This document shows positions 48,426-60,991 of a DNA stretch of 64,000 bases, in pieces. A program made the translations under genes and the position numbers. This stretch comes from Sminthopsis crassicaudata (lineage: Eukaryota), in the NCBI RefSeq assembly GCF_048593235.1, contig NC_133618.1, positions 475,981,294 to 476,045,293 on the forward strand, in the 5' to 3' direction. The number at the start of each line of letters is the position of its first letter. The first letter of the stretch is position 1. Under the pieces are notes generated by a model. It was given only the letters and a program-made list of their open reading frames with translations, did not search any database and was not told the DNA's origin.

Positions 48426-51263
48426 TACTGATACAAATCAGTCTTTTCTATTCATTAAAGTAGGACCAGTAGGGCTTCCGCTTGACAACACTTTATTAAC
48501 TGTTTAAGTTGCTCTACTTACTTGAAGGTAATAAAACTCCATTTCCTTTAAAATATTCTTTCAGATTGACTTTCCCCTAAATTAGCCTGAACTGGTGAGG
48601 CTTGGCTGAATTTGTATCTATGTCCCTGATGCGGGAATTCTTTGGAAAAGAAACAGATTCCTTAGAAAAGAGGAATTGAATTGGGAGTATCTTTAAAAAT
48701 AAATTAGAGAAATAACTCAAACAAGATAAGGTTTAATAAAGATATGCCTAGGTAGTTCAATTGGAAAGCAGTTTAGGCAATTGAAACATAAGATATGGCA
48801 TCAGAAAACTTGGGTTTGGATCTGTGTTTTCATCTATGTAACTTGATTCCCATGCTTGAACAAGTTATTGAACCTTTTGGGGCCTCAGTTTATTTGGGTA
48901 GTTCATAAGATTTCTCTAATATTTTTTCCAGTCTTAGAAATATGATCCTATGATTTAAAACTATATAATATGGTGAAAAATTGGAAAAGTAATAAAATAA
49001 AATAAAAATTGGAAAGGATATTAAGCTCAAATCCAGAGCTTCACAAACTTGAACCCTCTCTTATAACAAAGAAAAAGGGCTCAACAAAAGACCAACGCAA
49101 TGACTTTGACAATGCATTCTGTACTTACACCCTATCCCCACGTCCTCTGCTGAGACAAAATAGGTGTATTTCCTTATCTTTTCTCCTTTATTCAAACTGA
49201 TTATTAAAATTAAGAAAAATTTAAGTTGCATTGAGTATTTTTTTCACTTGCATTATTTTAGTCATTGTGTATACTGTTCTTTTAGTTCTTCACATTTTAT
49301 ATTGCATAAGTTAATAATTTTATCTTTTTTCTCATATTTGTCCTTATAGAAGAGTATTTCATTATATTCATAAAAAACAATTTATTATGTAGTGTCCCAA
49401 TCAATGGATGTGATTTCAATTTCTAGATACTTCAAGAAATGGTATTTTAATATGTGGTACATTTTGGAGCATTTTGTTTTTTAGTTTTTCCTCTCCTTTG
49501 CTATATTCTCAGGCATGACAACACTCAGGCAAAAGGTATGAACATCTTAGCCAATTTTCATTCATAATTCTAAATCGTTTCTCAGAATGATTGTGCCAAT
49601 TTACAACTCCATTAACAGAGTATTAGTATGCTTATCTTCTATTAATCCCTCCAATATTTACTGTTTCCATTTTTTTATAACCTAATAAAACCTCAGAATT
49701 TAAAAAAAAAGATATTTTTTACTATTAGTAGCTTAGAACATATTTATATGGCTAATGATAATTCACAAATATTATGAAAATATCATTTCCTTTAACTACT
49801 CTTCCAAGAACTACTCATTCTAAGAGAATGCTTCTTAGTATTATACATGTATGCCTATTCTCTATATATTTTGAATAGAAGATTTTTACAAATTATATTT
49901 GATATCAAAAATTTTCCTACTTGACAGTTTCTCCTTTTATACCACCTTCATTGATTTTATAAATTGGCTTTCTAATTTTATGTAATTGAAATGGCATATT
50001 TTTGTTTTTCCTGATTCCTTGTTTGGCTAAGAAATGTTTCCCTAGATATTTTCCTCCAATTCTTCACCAAGTTTTTTATTCAGTATGAATTTGTTGTTGT
50101 TGTTATTGTTGAGGTTCTGTATCCCTTTGGAGATGTTTGTGATATATGTTGTTAGACATCATTATTCATCTGATTTCTATCAAACTTCTTTCCAAATTTC
50201 CCCAAAGTTCTTGTTATTTATAGATACCTTCCACTTTTTACTTATATTCTTAGGCTTATTAGATTCTGGACTATTAATTGCAATCTTTCTTATTTAGCTT
50301 TTTCCTATGATCTTCTTTTGTGTTCTTCCCATTCCCAGCTCCAACCCCATAGTTGTTTATTTGTTTTTTTAATGATAACTGATTCATGGTGTAGAAACAC
50401 AAATAAATATTCTATTATTATATTTTATTTAAGATCCTAGAATTTTTCCCCTCTAAATAAATCTTATTATTTTCTCTACTTATATAAATTAGATTTTGAT
50501 AGTTTGGCTAATATAGTACAAATCTAAAAATTAGTGTAGAAAGTATTATCATTTTTATTACATTGGCATAACCTAATCATGAATTCTAGATAATTCTCTG
50601 TTTATTCCCATTTCTCTATTGCTGTAACAATTGTTTTATATTTGCCTCTGTTTTCATTGTCTTAATAGGTTAATTATTTTAAAATTAATTATTGAAATGG
50701 AAGTTTTCTTTTTATTTCTTTCTAGTTTTGTTAAAATGTATAAAAATATACAGAACATTTGTGGATTTATTTTGTATCTTGACATTTTACTGAAACAATC
50801 ACCTTAATTTATTATTTTGTTAATTTTCTGATTTTCTAAGTAAATCATTTGTTGACTGGAAATAAAGTTAATTTTATCATTTCTTTCTGATGTTGATGCC
50901 TTTAATTTTACTCCCCTTTCTTATTATTATTGGTAAATCTCTAGAACAACATCAAGTAATAATAGGAAGATAAGGCATCCTTGCTTTACCCTTGTTTGTG
51001 TTGGAGAATGTTTTCACTGTTTTTCATGGCAAATGATAGTAACTTGGTTTTTTACATATATTTTTGATGACACAGAAAAGTCCTTCTCTGTGTATGATTT
51101 TTAAGATTTTGAATGCAAATGAGTAATATATTTTCTTAAATAATTCTCCTGTATTTATTGATAAAATTATATGGTTTATTATTTTTGCTTATATAATGAA
51201 GTTAATCATTTCCCTATTTCTTGATTCATTTACTATTTCATGTTATACACATATATAACATGC

Positions 51264-51669
51264 TGTTGTCTCCAGAAGCTGTCGATCGCTCTCTGGGAGG
51301 AGATCTGCTGTGTCAACTCAAATCTCTCAGACAGATTCTTCTTCCTGTAGAGAATCGTTGTCTCCAGACACCGTTAACTCTCGTCCAGAGAAGTGATTTC
51401 CCTCCCTGCAGAGAGCTGCCTCAAGTCTGTTCTAGAGCAGAGACACCCTTTTTCCTCCAGAGCTGCCCTCTTTATCCTCCCAGAGAATGGGCGTGGGATA
51501 ATGCAAGGATTTCTGGGAAGAATTACTTCAACCAATGAACTTGCTCCTCCTAAGCATGCAAGCTCTTCCCCAGGAAAGGCCTGAACTAGAGAATTGTCAA
51601 GTACCGACTTAGCACTTAGTAAGAACCTAATATCTCATTATCTCATTAGCACTTAGTAAGAACCTAACA
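51264..51669 (-). mobile_element. ERV 3' LTR
   Basis: Minus strand TGTTAGGTTCTTACTAAGTGCTAA...GAGACAACA; retains CpGs; 22-bp U3 duplication (51609, 51646). Confidence 0.85.
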
Positions 51670-51745
51670 TCTCCCCCTTTCTTTTGATTTAGAATATAGG
51701 GTGGTCATAACCTTGAAACATAAATCCATCAATATGGGAGGCATT
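51670..51745 (-). mobile_element. ERV polypurine tract plus short internal 3' stub
   Basis: AAAAGAAAGGGGGAGA immediately precedes the LTR TG on the minus strand. Confidence 0.8.
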
Positions 51746-52643
51746 TCCTTTTAATTTTCAATTTTGCTGGCATTTATATATAATAATTTCTGCAATTTTT
51801 CTTAATTCTCTTTATCTTTCTGTAATGAATTCACATTTTTTTATTTTTTAATTTGGTAAATTGAATTTTCTGGGGTTTTTTTGTGTTAACTAATGGCATT
51901 TAAGCTTTGTTAATTTTTAAATAGCTTAATTTTATTTGTATGTTTTTTTCCCAAATTTATCTACTTCTTTGATTTTTAAGACTTCTTTTATATTTTTATT
52001 TTATTTATTAGAATGTGATTTCATTATAGTACAGATCTCCTAGGGAAGAACTCCCTCAATCGATGAGGTTTAGCACTTTTCTATGAACTTATGTAGTCTT
52101 GGATCTTGAAGAGTGATCTGTGACACTGTGACTTGCCTGGGTCAAACATCCAAGGTATGTAAGGAGGGAGTATTGAACCTAAAACTTCTGATTAGTGCTT
52201 TAACTGCTATACTACACTGCTCTTATCTTATTTTATGATTTTTTAATTCATTTTTTCAATTGTGTTTTTTAATTGAATTTTTAATTCAGCTATCATTTCT
52301 TTTTCTATGTTGTTAATATATATTTTCAGAGTCATGCATTTTCTTCTGAAAAATATTCTAGCTGTATCCTGTGAGGTGTACTACATTGTAGCATCTAAAC
52401 ACTTATTTATTGTATCTATTTTTCCCTTTTGCTTTGTTCTTTTAGCCTCATTAAGGTTCATATCTTTTGCACATTTCTTTTAGTAGCTGCTTGTTGTTAT
52501 TGTATTGTTACAGCATAGTCTATAGAAGTTATCTTTACTAGTCATCTTTGCTCTTCTATAATTACTTGTAATTCCTTTCTTTCCAATATACAATCAATTT
52601 TTTAAAATGTATAATTTTATGCTGAAAAATATGTATATTCTTT

Positions 52644-52859
52644 TAAAATATATTTATTTATTTAATGCACATTGCTTTATGAATCATGTTCAACTTAATT
52701 GTGAATCAGAGCAAAAAGGAAAAACCATGGGAGAAAAAAAAAAAAAAAACAGTAAAAAGAAGTAAACCTAGCATGTGTTAATTTACATTCAGTCTCCATA
52801 GTTCTTTTTTCTGGATGCAGATGGTGTTTTCTATTCAAAGTTTACTGGGATTGCCTTGG
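52644..52859 (-). mobile_element. 5'-truncated L1 3' fragment
   Basis: Perfect 17-bp TSD aaatatgtatattcttt (52627, 52860). Confidence 0.85.
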
Positions 52860-52939
52860 AAATATGTATATTCTTTAATATTCCCATTTATACCACAGGT
52901 CTAATTTTTCAAGCAATCTGTTGAGCTCTATATTTTCCT

Positions 52940-53705
52940 TCTTGCAAAATTTTTTTGTAAAACATTTTCATATTAGTCATTTTGTACAAGAGGATGAATA
53001 AAATAAAAAATGAAAGAAAATGAAATAGCCTATGTTCTATCACTATCAGTTCTTTCTCTGGGGCAAATAGTATGCTTCCTCAATTAATTACTTCTTTGTA
53101 ATTGTCTTAGATCATTGCATAGCTGAGAATAGCTGTTATTCACAGTTCTTCATTGAACAATATCATTGTCACTGTGTATGACATTCTCCTGATTCTGTTA
53201 ACTTTACTTAGTATCAATTCATGAAAGTCTTCCCAGGTTTTTCTGAAATCATCCTGTTTGTCATTTCTTATGGCACAATAATATTCCATTATATTCATAT
53301 ATAACAGCTTATTTAGCCATTCTCCAATTGATAAGCAGCCCTTTTATTTTCAGTTCTTAGCCATCACAAAAAAGAGCTATTAATAGGGGGGCAGCTAGGT
53401 GGCGAAGTGGATAGAGGACCAGCCTTGAATTCAGGAGGACCTGAGTTAAAATCTGATCTCATACACTTAACACTTCCTAGCTGTGTGACCCTGGGCAAGT
53501 CACTTAACCCCAGCCTCAGAAAAAGAAAAGAAAAAAAAAGCTATTAACATTTTTAAAGAAATAGAACCTTTCTCCTTTTTTTGAGTGTCTTTTGGGTATT
53601 GCTGGATCAAAAGGTATGTACAGTTTTATAGCCTTTTGGGTATAATTCCAAATTGCTCTCCAGAATGGTTGGATCACTTCACAACTCTGCCAACAATGCA
53701 ATTTT
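52940..53705 (-). mobile_element. L1 ORF2 C-terminus/3' fragment split by WSINE1
   Basis: ORF 53516-53701 HCWQSCEVIQPFWRAIWNY..FDPAIP. Confidence 0.85.
53386..53539 (+). mobile_element. WSINE1
   Basis: Near-consensus sequence; TSD gctattaata / gctattaaca. Confidence 0.9.
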
Positions 53706-53858
53706 ATTTCTTAACTCTTTATTGTATTTTTTGGGCTATCTACTTATATTTCTTTTAATTATCTACATATGCTCCTAAGTACTCATATAGTAATAATTAC
53801 AAATATTATATTGCCATATAGAAATATAACCAATATAACCTTATTGAACTTTTATTTT

Positions 53859-53889
<31 letters not shown>

Positions 53890-55230
53890 TATTTTTCTCT
53901 ATCTTGTTTCTTTTAATGTTTCTCTTGAGTCTTGTATTTGGAGGTCATTTTTTTCCAGCTTTGGTCTTTTACTTACAAATGTTTGAAAGTCTTCTCATTT
54001 GTTAAATGTCTGTTTTGCCTCTAAAGGTATATATTCAGTTTTCCTGGGTAGGTGATTTTTAGTTGTAATCCTAGCTTCTTTGTATTTGGATATGTCATTA
54101 TTTTCTAAGCTTTTTGCTTCTTTAATATGGAAGCTGCTAAAACCTACGTAATTCTCACTGTAGCTCCACAATATAGAAATTGTTTGTTTCTGCTGCTTGC
54201 TTTGGATATTTTGATCTGTGAACTCTGGCATTTGGCTGTGATGTTCCTAGGAGTTTTCATTTTGCAATGTAGTGGTAGAACTTTCAAGTTCTATTTTACC
54301 CTCTGATTCAATATATCGGGGCAATTTTCTTTGATAATTTCTTGAAAGATGTTCAGGCTTTTTTTTTTTTCCCCTTAAATCATGGATTTCAAGAATTTTT
54401 ATATTATCTCTCCTGGATCTATTTTGTCAGTTGTTTTTCCAGTGAGAAATTTCATAATATATTCTATTTTTTTTTTTTTTTTACTTTTTAAATTTTGCTT
54501 TATTGTATCTTGATGTCTTATAGAATAACTAGTTTCCACTTCTTCAATTCTAATTTTTAAGTAATTATTTTTGTTTTTATGTGAATTTTGGGCTCTAGTC
54601 TTTCATTGTCCCAAATTTTTTGGGCTGGTATTCCCTGTTGGCCTCTCCCGAGTATAGGGTTTAGCTTTTGGCCTGTTTCAGGGGTAGGGTCTTGCTGCTA
54701 GTTGCTATGATAACAGTGTCTTTCTAGTGATTAACCCTGGAGGAAGGATCTTGTTGTTGGTCTGCCTCAGGAATGGAGCCCTGCTGCCGAGTTGTTGTGG
54801 AAGAAAGGCCTCTCTGCTGGTAGATCCCATGGGTAGGGTCTCATAGTTGGTCAATCCTAGAGTGGGGCTCCACTAGTAGGCAGCCAAGATATCTGTGGTG
54901 GCTTATGCTGGAGATGGGATGGTTGGGGTGGAGTTTTCCTGCACTACTGTTTACTTGCCCAGTAGGCTATGGCTTGCAGAGGATGGAGCCTTGCTGGTAG
55001 ATTCTGCCATGATTGGAGTTTTGCTTCGGGTCTCCTGATTTGAAGCTAATGGATGCTACTGCTCTTGAACCTTACTTCCCTACCAATCCCAGGGAGACCT
55101 ATTTCCTGCATGGCTGGTAAGCTGCTTTTTTGCTCTTAGAGCATTTCTGAGGTAGTTTTCTAGTTGCTTGGAGGGGAATTTGGGAGAGCTTCAGAGGGTT
55201 TCCTCCTTATTTTGCCATCTTGGCACTGAA
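53890..55230 (-). mobile_element. Old L1 ORF1 and 5' UTR remnant
   Basis: gaagctgctaaaacctacgtaattctcactgtagctccacaatat..; ends ttttgccatcttggc; GC-richer degenerate repeats at 54600-55200. Confidence 0.65.
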
Positions 55231-56134
55231 AGTTCTTTGCTTAATTTTCTATTGGATTTATCTCCTTATGAGATAGGAATATTAAAGTGTACTGCTATCA
55301 CTATCTATTTTTGGAATTCACCTAGTTTTTCTTTTAAGAAATTATTAATTTTGCTGCAAATATTTAATAATATTATTTTGCATTTATAGTGATGTCTTTA
55401 CCCATAATTTAGTTTTACATACTTATATTTCTTGATATTATCAATGTTATTGTTGCTCTATCAGATATAATTACAAATTTTACTTTTTGTCTTAAGCATT
55501 GTGGATTGTGTTTCATCCCTTTATTTTTATTTTATGAGAAAAAACTCTGAGTTTTGTCTTTTTAAAAATAATTCAATCTCTTTCCTTCCTTCCTTCCTCC
55601 TTTTTTCTTTCTTTCAGTCTTTTCTTTATATTCTTCCTCATATCACAGCTCCAAAATCAGGAAGGAAAAATAAAAAATACTCCACCTATATTTCCTCTCA
55701 AATCCTGATTGTCTTTTTCTAAGACCTTCCTAATTGTCTCTCCTCTTTCCTTCACAATGTAGAATTCCTCTCTTTTATCCTGCCACCAAAAACAACAATA
55801 AACAGTGAGAGAATATGTTTTCATATCTCTAAATTCTTTTCATCCTATCCTCCTAGTTGTTACAACCCCCTTTCCATACTATTATATCTTCTGGTTTTTT
55901 TAAGATTATTTCATCCATAGATGCTCTCTCAACAATTTTCATATGAAAGGTTTCTTTTAAAAGAGAACACTAAAATACAAAAAATTTTCAGAAGCATAAA
56001 TTTGCCCAACCCTATATACAATCAACATTAATTTCATTTACTAGTCTTTTAGTATTATGAGAAGCTCTTCTTTCTTCTGTTTAATAAGTTTGCCTGTTAA
56101 ATGCTCTATTTATCTCTGGGTTTTCTTTTTCTTT

Positions 56135-56169
<35 letters not shown>

Positions 56170-56379
56170 AGCTTATAAATTTAATTCTTTATTTTTCCAG
56201 CTATCCAAATTTTATTATTTTACAATCAAAGACAATTTCATTGGATGTTTATTTTGGGGATGTAAGCTAATTTTCCTTGCATTTTCGGAATATCTATTCA
56301 ACTTTTTTTCTTTGATTCTTCATTAGTCAGGATAAGACATATGATGCTGCTGAATTTGATGCTGATGATATTGATGATG

Positions 56380-56790
56380 AGATAGCTAGAAATTATACAG
56401 CACTTCATATGTGTCAGACACTATGCCAAGTGCTTTATAAATATTATTTCATTTGATCCTCATAAGAGTCCTGGGAGAGAGATGCTGCTATCCTCATATT
56501 AGAACTGAGGATACTAAAACAAACAATAGTTAAGTGACTTACCAGATTCATTGAGTAAAGGTTGCTATCTTCCATAGCTTTGTCAAAACAATGCTTTTGA
56601 GAGAGTTGAGTGGTATTTTGCTGTATTTGTGGACAAGATGGATAGCTATGTGCTAGGTGCATTGAAGGGTCCAGCCAGTAGAGGTTAAGTGATTTTCCCA
56701 ATGTCCCAAAGCTGCTAAGTGTCTGAGGCTGGACTTGAACTCAGATCTTTCTGACTCCAGGCTCAGCACTTTATCTACCTAACAGCCATG
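56380..56790 (-). mobile_element. MIR fragments
   Basis: tcatttgatcctcataagag..; taagtgattttcccaatgtcc..gaactcagatctttctgactccagg. Confidence 0.75.
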
Positions 56791-57640
56791 ACATTATCAT
56801 TGCCTTTCCTTGTAATGTAAAAGTGATTTAAATTTTTTTTCCATGAAATAATTGTTTCTTTATATTGTAATCCTGATTAAACATGATGCTTTTTTGTGAG
56901 TTAGATTTCAGTTTTCTTTTTATTGTTATTCCTCAAATTCTTTCAATTTCTGTTTTCTGTTTCTGATTTTTCTATGCAATTTTAATATAGTAATTCCTGA
57001 AGTATCTTTCTCAGGTTTGTTTTTCATTATTTTGGGGGGCATAGGTATAATATATTCCCTCTTTGCATCTTATCTTCAAGGTTGGAATCTTTGTTCTTCC
57101 ATTCTTATTGTCATATGATTTTGTTCAATTAATTTTCTTTCTGCCTCTTTTTTTTTGTTATACTCTTACCATTCTCTTTCTAGGAAAGAACTGTTTGGAA
57201 AGCATCTTTGTCTTCTTTTCACATTTTTCTTCTCTTCTGTTAGACTTTTTAATTTCTTACTTGAGAATTCTAATTTCTATCTTTATTTTTTTTCTAATCT
57301 TAATTCTTTAATAGCACTTATGAAGATTCTAGTCTCTTGGATCATGACTTTTGAATACCTTGTTGAATATATTAAAGTATATGCACACTCCTTAATGAAT
57401 AATTTTCCTTCTATGAGAAGTACTCCATTTTTCCCTAAATTTTTTGCTTTTCTTCAATTGTGAATTTTATTAGTCTTTATCAGTCTGTCTGAAATGTTAT
57501 CTATGGTTATCTTTCATAGACATGAAGGGGCTGAATGGGTCAAATGCTGCCATGAAAAGGATAGAAAGTATTGGGGAAGAGTAAACAGTTTGCCTCCCAG
57601 CTGTGAGGACCCAGTTCACATTAGATAGCAGCAATTTTTA

Positions 57641-57845
57641 TTTTTTTATTTTTTAAATTTTTTTTGTTTTTTGTTTTTAGATTCCCAGCATTTTTATTTT
57701 TTTTTATTATTTTTTTAATTCATTTTTCCAAATTATCCCCTCCTTCTCTCCACTCCCTCCCCCCATGACAGGTAATCCCATACATTTTACATGTGTTACA
57801 ATATAACCTAGATACAATATATGTGTGTAAATACCATTTTCTTGT
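57641..57845 (-). mobile_element. Short young L1 3' UTR insertion with bipartite tail
   Basis: Perfect 17-bp TSD gatagcagcaattttta (57624, 57846); same family as 46792-47855. Confidence 0.9.
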
Positions 57846-59814
57846 GATAGCAGCAATTTTTAATGAACTTAGCATTATTATGTGATTACAGTACGTACTA
57901 TATTGTTTATATTAGGTTCTTATTGTGTATGTTATATTCTGAAATAGTTATAGAATATTTCTAACAGGGATTCCTAGTTCATGATATTCCGGTTCTAGAA
58001 CATTTTATGTCTGAGGGGAGGAGAGAAGATTATTCTGAAGTGATCCTAGGACATTCTTCTATCATATTTTTGTTACAATTCTATTGTGTGCAATGNNNNN
58101 NNNNNNNNNNNNNNNNNNNNNNNNNNNNNNNNNNNNNNNNNNNNNNNNNNNNNNNNNNNNNNNNNNNNNNNNNNNNNNNNNNNNNNNNNNNNNNNNNNNN
58201 NNNNNNNNNNNNNNNNNNNNNNNNNNNNNNNNNNNNNNNNNNNNNNNNNNNNNNNNCATTCCTATTATACATTCCTTAATTTTAGAGTACAGATTACTTA
58301 TTATTAATGATCCATTAAAATCCAAAGAAGTTGGAGTAAGGGAGTTGGACCTGCCCATCCATTCCTAAGGTAAAGTTTTCCTTCATTATCAACTGAGAAC
58401 ATTTCCTTAAACAACAAATAAATAAGCAATCAAAAAGAACATTCAAATTAAAAGATGTTACTTAAAATAGGCAGTGCTCAGGCTCACTTAGGAAAAAAAA
58501 ACAAGCAACATCCAGCCTGGAGACTTCATGATTTCTGAGTTATAGAACCTCCTTTTGGGCATCCTCTTCTTTGTTGCCCAAATTAAACAATAAATAGTTT
58601 ATTAAAATCTGAAAATCATCCAGGAATCCTTTGGAAAAAAGATACAGTATCTTTAAGAGATTTCAAAGGTAAATCTTACTGTCTGGGGGAAATGACTCCT
58701 GAGCAGTTATTTCTCTTATTGCCAAACTGAATGTAAAGACATTACTCAGTTTAATAAATCCCGGTGTATCACTCAGTCTGTGTAAGCTGATATAAATATC
58801 TCCAGTTATGTCATATTACCACCTTTGTACAGCTAGTGTTGGGCTNNNNNNNNNNNNNNNNNNNNNNNNNNNNNNNNNNNNNNNNNNNNNNNNNNNNNNN
58901 NNNNNNNNNNNNNNNNNNNNNNNNNNNNNNNNNNNNNNNNNNNNNNNNNNNNNNNNNNNNNNNNNNNNNNNNNNNNNNNNNNNNNNNNNNNNNNNNNNNN
59001 NNNNNNNNNNNNNNNNNNNNNNNNNNNNNNNNNNNNNNNNNNNNNNNNNNNNNNNNNNNNNNNNNCAATTGATCTTTATCAGCCCATCTTAAGCCAATTA
59101 CCCTCTCCTAGCCAAATTACAGCCTCCTCCCTCCAGCTTCCCCAGACTGAGCCTCTCTGCTTATTGCCCTTGGGGAAAGAGGTATTCTTGCTTGGATTCA
59201 AGGTGAGGAGGTTTCAGATCCTCTTATGTGTCTGAAGTGGTGAATATGGGAGCTTTACTGGGGCCATTTTGCAAACCATCCATACCCCTTGAACCTCAGG
59301 CCTTATCTCAAGCTGGGCAAAAATAGACAGGGATGGTGCTGTAGGTAGAGACTGGCTGTTACATGCTTCTTCAGGTACTTGCTCACTGGGCTGCTCTGGG
59401 CAAATTCTTTAACTTCTCGGCCTTCAGTTTTTTCATCTCTAAAATCTCATAGGATTGCAGTGAGAACCAAATGAGAAAATCTATATGAAGTCCTTTGCAT
59501 AGTTTCAGCTGCTATATAAATGTTAGCTACTATTATTATCAAGCTGCTCTTTCTGAAAGAAAGCAAAGGCCTGGCTGAGCACCTTGAAGACTTGGGTGTC
59601 TTGACCCTGAAAAGGTTCTATATCAGCTATAACAGTTACAGTGCTGCTTGTGTCCCCATACTTGGAAGGTTGTGCTTATTTCTCAAGGGATTTTAATAGA
59701 CTACAGAGCATGGATTACTCATACTTCCCTGCAGTACCCCATTCAGGAGTATGCTGGAGCGGCTCCAATGAGCTCAGGTTGCTGATCCTTAAATTTTCAT
59801 TGTGAACATAATAT

Positions 59815-60991
59815 AGTAACACCCCAATAGTAGTAGAGACCCCAATACTTTTCAAGAAAGCCCCAGGTTGCCTGGTCTTGGTAATAATGTATTCAACTTA
59901 GGAATGTAGTTTTTGAGCGTGATGTGGCATGGCCTTTTTTTGTTTTGAATTTAGTATTATTTTATTTTCTCAATTATATATAAAGATATTTTCAATATTC
60001 ATTTTTGTAACATTTAGAGTTCTAAATTTTTTTTCTTCCCTCCCTCCTTTACCTTCCTCCTCCCCAAGACAGCAAACAATCCGATATAGATTATACATGT
60101 ACAGTCATTTTAAACATATTTCTGTATCAGTCTTTTTATAAAAGAAAAATTAGAACAAAAGGGAAAAGTCATGAGAAAGAAATAACAAAGCAAAAAAAAA
60201 AAAAAAAAAAGTGAAAATCATATGCTTCAATTCGATCTCTGTAGTTCTCTTTCTGCATGTAGGTGGCCTTTTCCACCCCAAGTCTATTGGAATTGTCTTG
60301 AATTATAACATTGCAGAGAAGAACTAAGTCTATCATCACACAATCTTGCTGTGTACAATGCTCTCCTGGTTCTGTTCACTTTATTCAGAATGAATTCATG
60401 TAAGTCTTTCCAGGCTTCTCTGAAATCAGCCTGTTCATTATTTCTTTTAAAACAATATTCCTTTCCATTCATATACCATAACTTATTCAGCCATTCCCCA
60501 ACTGATGGGCATCTGCTCATTTTTTAATTCCTTGGATGTGGCACAATCTTGGAGACTGTATGTGAAAGAAAGGGAGTTGAGCCTGATCTTTATTCTACTA
60601 GGCTATCCTTCAAGGATGCCTGGCTTGTCATACAAAAGTCTGGACTGCTATCTCACATCTGAACTCAAACAACAAGTACTTCTAGGTTTCACGAAAGAAA
60701 AAAGGGGGTCATAATTACCCTCCATTACCAAACTTCCCACCAATCATGTGAACCCTCATCCCATGAGGATGCTCTGTTCTTTGTTCTTTATTCCCCAAAT
60801 CCTTATAAATTTACCTACTTACTCCCTGGTTTTTTTGTTATTTTTCTGTTTTGGGATGTAGCCCAATTTAATTAGTGTTTCAATTATACTAAAACTCTGC
60901 CTCTTGACTTGGAGATGGTCTAAGTCTCTTTTGAGACACCTGTACCATAATCCAGAATCCCAATATTTTGGAGTTCCCTTGGATCCCAACA
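59815..60991 (+). mobile_element. Solo LTR (~0.56 kb net) split by an L1
   Basis: Flanked by aatat / aatat; ends CCCAACA; CCAAT ~60739 and TATAAA ~60804; the start reads AG rather than TG. Confidence 0.55.
59930..60534 (-). mobile_element. L1 3' fragment
   Basis: ORF 60284-60520 CPSVGEWLNKLWYM..FREAWKDLHE; gatgtggca repeated at 59921 and 60535. Confidence 0.85.

Larger units (their letters stand above)
49170..52500 (-). mobile_element. Very old, degraded L1 with nested insertions
   Basis: T-rich L1-like blocks, e.g. gatgcctttaatttt..ggtaaatctctagaacaac..ggcatccttgctttaccc. Confidence 0.55.

Noticed and set aside
51221-51584. ORFs of 105 and 63 aa
   Set aside because: Antisense to the ERV LTR; no recognisable product
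58007-59092. Cluster of ORFs containing X runs
   Set aside because: They span assembly gaps; no coding signal in the flanks
60693-60710. Purine tract gaaagaaaaaagggggt as a PPT
   Set aside because: Not followed by TG and lies inside the inferred LTR
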